From: Raillietiella orientalis | Lineage: Eukaryota | NCBI GenBank assembly: GCA_036172245.1 | Contig: JAYWIR010000001.1 | Span: 2,294,001-2,358,000, forward strand | DNA: 64,000 nucleotides | Reading direction: 5' to 3' | In this document: positions 60,262 to 64,000 of the stretch, piece by piece | Layout of the letters: the number at the start of each line of letters is the position of its first letter | Position numbering within the stretch: position 1 is the stretch's first letter | Translations under genes and position numbers: made by a program | Notes under the pieces: generated by a model | What the model saw: only the letters and a program-made list of their open reading frames with translations | What the model was told of the DNA's origin: nothing | The model's database searches: none

Positions 60262-60932
60262 ACAAGCTCTTTGGTGCTGCTGCACGTCGTCCGAGGGTTC
60301 CTTTGACTCTTCAAGTTCATAGGAACCACCCTATGAATTCAGAAAGGATCTGCCAGAAGGCGTTCGTTTTTCTGACATTTGGGAGGGGAACCGTGAAGGA
60401 AACCCTCTCCTTCTTTGTCTTTGAAGGGAACTCCGAAGGAAACTTCATCCTTATTCTCTCCAGAGGCCGCTCCTTTGTTTCTTCGCAGAAGGGAACCCGG
60501 ATAGCATCCTCTTTGAAATTTCTTCTCTGGAGGCCACCTGCAAGAGTGTTCTCTTGGTTTCCTCCTCTGAAGAGAACCTTGAAGGGACGCTTTCCGATTT
60601 CTCTGAAGGGCGCTCCCCGAAGGGAGCAGCGTGCTTATTCCCACTCTGGAGAGGCGTCATCAATAGACCAGCTCCGTGGTACGAGGATGAGACTTCATTT
60701 GTTCAGCCGGAGACCCCCTGATTCTGTTCGGCGCTTTCCGGGAAGACCCTGTCCGGTCAACGAGGACATCCGGTTTCCAGCGCTTCACCAGGTAGCCAAC
60801 CAGCTCCATCCTGAGAGGAATACTCGAAACCCCACTACCCATCTCTCATTTCTCTGGCTTCGATCCCTCCCCGGTGGGATTCGAATCGGCAACGCTCGGT
60901 ACCAGGCTCATAGACGGCCGCCGACGCGGTCT
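60262..60932 (-). mobile_element. SINE family A, copy 2 of a tandem pair
   Basis: Tail remnant, caccctatgaattc, sub-repeat body and head (gattcgaatcccaccggg), directly abutting the previous copy. Confidence 0.8.
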
Positions 60933-62736
60933 TGTTCCCCGTTACGTGGCAATAGGAGGCACTGCTTTTTCCAGGCAGGGGACTTCTGTGAAGCCAGCGC
61001 GGGGACTCGGTTTCCGGGGGTCCGTCCCCGAACCTCCCCAGGCACAGGTCTGTGGAGTCCATCCCGCACCTCACCAGCTGAGGACTGCGACGCCCTCCGG
61101 GGGCTCTGGTGGAAGCTGACGCCAGCGCTCTCGCAGCGGGAGGACACCGACTGACCGCGATTTGCTGCGACGGCCCACCGCTCCCGGCGGACTTCCGACA
61201 CGGGCGCGGTGGTGGAAACGGCAAGTCGCGTGCGCACGGTCCTTCCTGTAATCGAGGCCACGAGGCAGCGGAACGAGTTCACCGGGATTGCAGCCGTCCA
61301 CATGAAGACAGATGCCATTCCAGTGACCTCATCTGCAAGAGCACCTCGAGGTGGGGATCGCCTGCGTCCAGCTCCGGTTCCGAAATGAATGAACGGCGAA
61401 CACCGGTGGCCCCTGCCTCCCGCCTCCCTTCGTTTTTATTTTTTTTGTCACTCCACACTTCCTTTCTCTCCCGACCTTTCCCGATTTCTTTTTTTTTTTT
61501 TTTTTTTCAATATGGGCGCTGATCCCGGAGCGACGCCAGCGACCCGTGCCCAATTCCTCCCGCTTCGTACTTTCAGACATTCCGACCTGCATGTCGGACT
61601 GGACTTCTTTTGCCTCTCCGGCTGGGAACTTTGTGTTCCAGGCTGACTTTCCATGAGATGAACTACCCGCAGCGTGTCGGGTAGAAAGCTTCCGTCTCTT
61701 CCTGCCTACCGGCAGGAGTGGCGGATGATGCACAGCGGAGGCGAACACCGGTAGCCGAAGACCCCCAAGGGCGCGGCTGCCAACGGTGCCTTCTTTCCGG
61801 GAAGGGTCACAGGAGTTCATTTGAACCCCCTCTCTCCTCCGAGTGTCAGAAGCCGCTCTCCTTTTCCGACTGCTCCAGCCGAAAGCAGGAAGTTGGCTTG
61901 CCGACCCTCCTCTGCACGTGCCACTGCCCCGAGGCTCCGACGGCCTCCGGAGTCCGCGCCAGAATCCCAGCCCATCTTTTCAGCGACTCCCCGCCTCCCA
62001 GCGAGGGCCGCACACGCATCGGGAGAAGTCCGAAGCAAAGGAGGACTCCCGCGATGAAGAACTGCCCCACGACGGGATGAGAGCCCTGGTCCCTGTCGCT
62101 CCCTCTGTCTGCCGTTTCCTGTCCCGCTAACCAAACTGACTCTGGCGAAGGGGCGAGCAATAAACGTGCAATGAGCTCCTCAGTTCCGCCGAAGAATGCG
62201 ATCCGATGGACCATTATGCTCTCGCGCATTCTTATCTCTTAAAGCTCCTGGCAACGGAGCTAAATCGCCACAGATGATTTATATTGAACCCGGGAGCATT
62301 TGTATGCGTCTTCTCCTTGCGGGATCCGGCCTCTCCGCGAGCCAGTGAGTCCGGCGCTTTCCAGAAAAGCGGGATCGAGTGCTGCGGTTCAAGGGAAAGA
62401 CCGCATCCCGGAAGGATCGGATGTACCCGTGGAACGACAAGGCCGCGCGCCGCCTCATCGGCGCCCCCCGTCCTTTCCTGTCACAGGCGCGGCGCCATGC
62501 GGCCGCCTTTCCCGAAACCCTCTGGAAATGGGATCTGCCCCTCGGTCCGCATGTCTCAGGTGGGACCTCAGCGAAGGGCGAATGGAACGGTTCTTGCAGA
62601 GAGGGGATTTCCGGGAAGGGAGTCGTCACCCCGCGGAAATTCGGGGAATGTGCTTGCTCCCTGCCGCTGCTAACGCGTTCAGGATTGCCATTCGGATGCT
62701 CCGGGAAATTTATTTATAAAGAAAATAAACATTTGC

Positions 62737-62775
62737 GATCTCTATGGTTGGACCGGTGGTCCAACCATAGAGATC
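62737..62775. repeat. Perfect 18-bp inverted repeat with 3-nt loop
   Basis: gatctctatggttggacc-ggt-ggtccaaccatagagatc. Confidence 0.95.
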
Positions 62776-62789
62776 ATCAATCAATGCCC

Positions 62790-63260
62790 CCCGTTGCATC
62801 AATGCCGGCTCCTCTTACTTCAATGGGAGCGTGAGTCTGCCCAAGAGCACTGGAAGCCACTGCAGGTCTTCCTTCGAAATACTCCAGCGCAAGAGTCCTC
62901 GAGGTGGGCATTCGGGGTCCCAGAGTCCAAAATCCAGCCGTTGTCCACCTACTCAGTCCTCTTCTCCTGCCGGAGATTTCCATGGAGACCTCCCATCTGG
63001 ACGCAAGGCTGCTGCCCATGTATTGCCTCAGGGAGGGCAGCACTGCGGCAAGTGGCGCGTTCAGGAGAGCGCGAGCACCGCTGCAAAGTGGCTTCCACCT
63101 GCACGAATTCGGACGCCATCCACAGGGACGACGTGGCTCCTAGCTTCAGACTGTTCGTGACTGTCGACCGGTCGGCCAAAGCTTTTAGAGTTCTTGCATG
63201 TATGCGTGGCAACGGCGGACCCAAGGAGAGCAGGCGGCGCACCTTCGTGCCCTGAAAATG
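62790..63260 (-). mobile_element. L1/Tx1-like LINE family 1, internal ORF2 fragment lacking the 3' end
   Basis: LAAVLPSLRQYMGSSLASRWEV is homologous to the 24.1-kb and 58.6-kb copies. Confidence 0.75.
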
Positions 63261-64000
63261 CTGAGCTCTTGACCTCGCTTTGTTGAAGCGATCTCACGAA
63301 GAGAACGGAATCTTCTTCAGCAAAAGGTCCATCACTCGATGGACGTGTTTCCTGCTCCTTCTTTCCGGAAACAGTTGCTCGTCATCTGCTGAGCTCTTGG
63401 GTCCCGCGCGCGGCAGGCACGCCATGGAATTAGGGTTTGGTGCCGCCATGCTGAGGTCATTCGGGTGAGGAAACTCTCGGGAAGGGCATCCGCGGATGCA
63501 GAAATCTGCAGACCGGAGCCCAAGCACATCTCAGAGATGGACCTTCTTCGCGGAGATCAGTCTGGCTGGGAGCATTTGGTCTTCGTAACTAACGAAGCTG
63601 ATGATCGTATTTGCATCTCCCGAAAGGCTGCGGAATGGAGTAACGGAATGCCAGTACCAACGAGGATGCTGCAAAGCGTTGACACAGAGGGCTCTTCATC
63701 TTCAGGTTATGCGCGAGAGGGACTCCTTCAGCTTCTGGACCATTGTTTCATGCACTTCGGTGGTAACTCTGGGTTACAGCGTCCCACTGAAAATTTTCGG
63801 CCTCAGTTTGAAGCAGGATGTCGGAAGGGAGGCGAAGTCGCACAGTAGTGCGCTCTTAGAGTGGAAGAAAGGACTGACGAGAGCATCTCCTTCGAATACC
63901 ACTGATGACGCTTCCCGTACGCGAAGACGTGGCGGATGAAAGCTCCCCCAAGAGAATCTGAAGATTTCCGCCTCTGCACTAGCAGAGAATGATGAACGAG

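Overview
This is eukaryotic (metazoan, most likely arthropod) genomic DNA. I found no prokaryotic operons, CRISPR arrays or rRNA. The only clearly intact host gene is the 3' end of a Dpr/ZIG-8-type immunoglobulin-superfamily gene (three exons, 2-899). The rest is mostly nested, decayed transposable elements: about 11 copies of a long (up to ~785 bp) tRNA-headed SINE, 9 fragments of two L1/Tx1-like LINE families that share a structured, poly(A)-less 3' end, one complete but dead Buster/SPIN-type hAT transposon (TIRs plus 8-bp TSD), three Ty3/gypsy pol relics, and NeSL/Utopia-like fragments. Between the elements, manual six-frame reading suggests several frameshifted relics of innate-immune-type genes: four NACHT-like NTPases, death-domain-like exons, and weak TIR-like and Rel/NFAT-like segments. 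These may form a decaying NLR-like gene cluster. The pseudogene calls rest on motif order and spacing read by eye and need profile-HMM confirmation. Boundaries of degenerate features are approximate.
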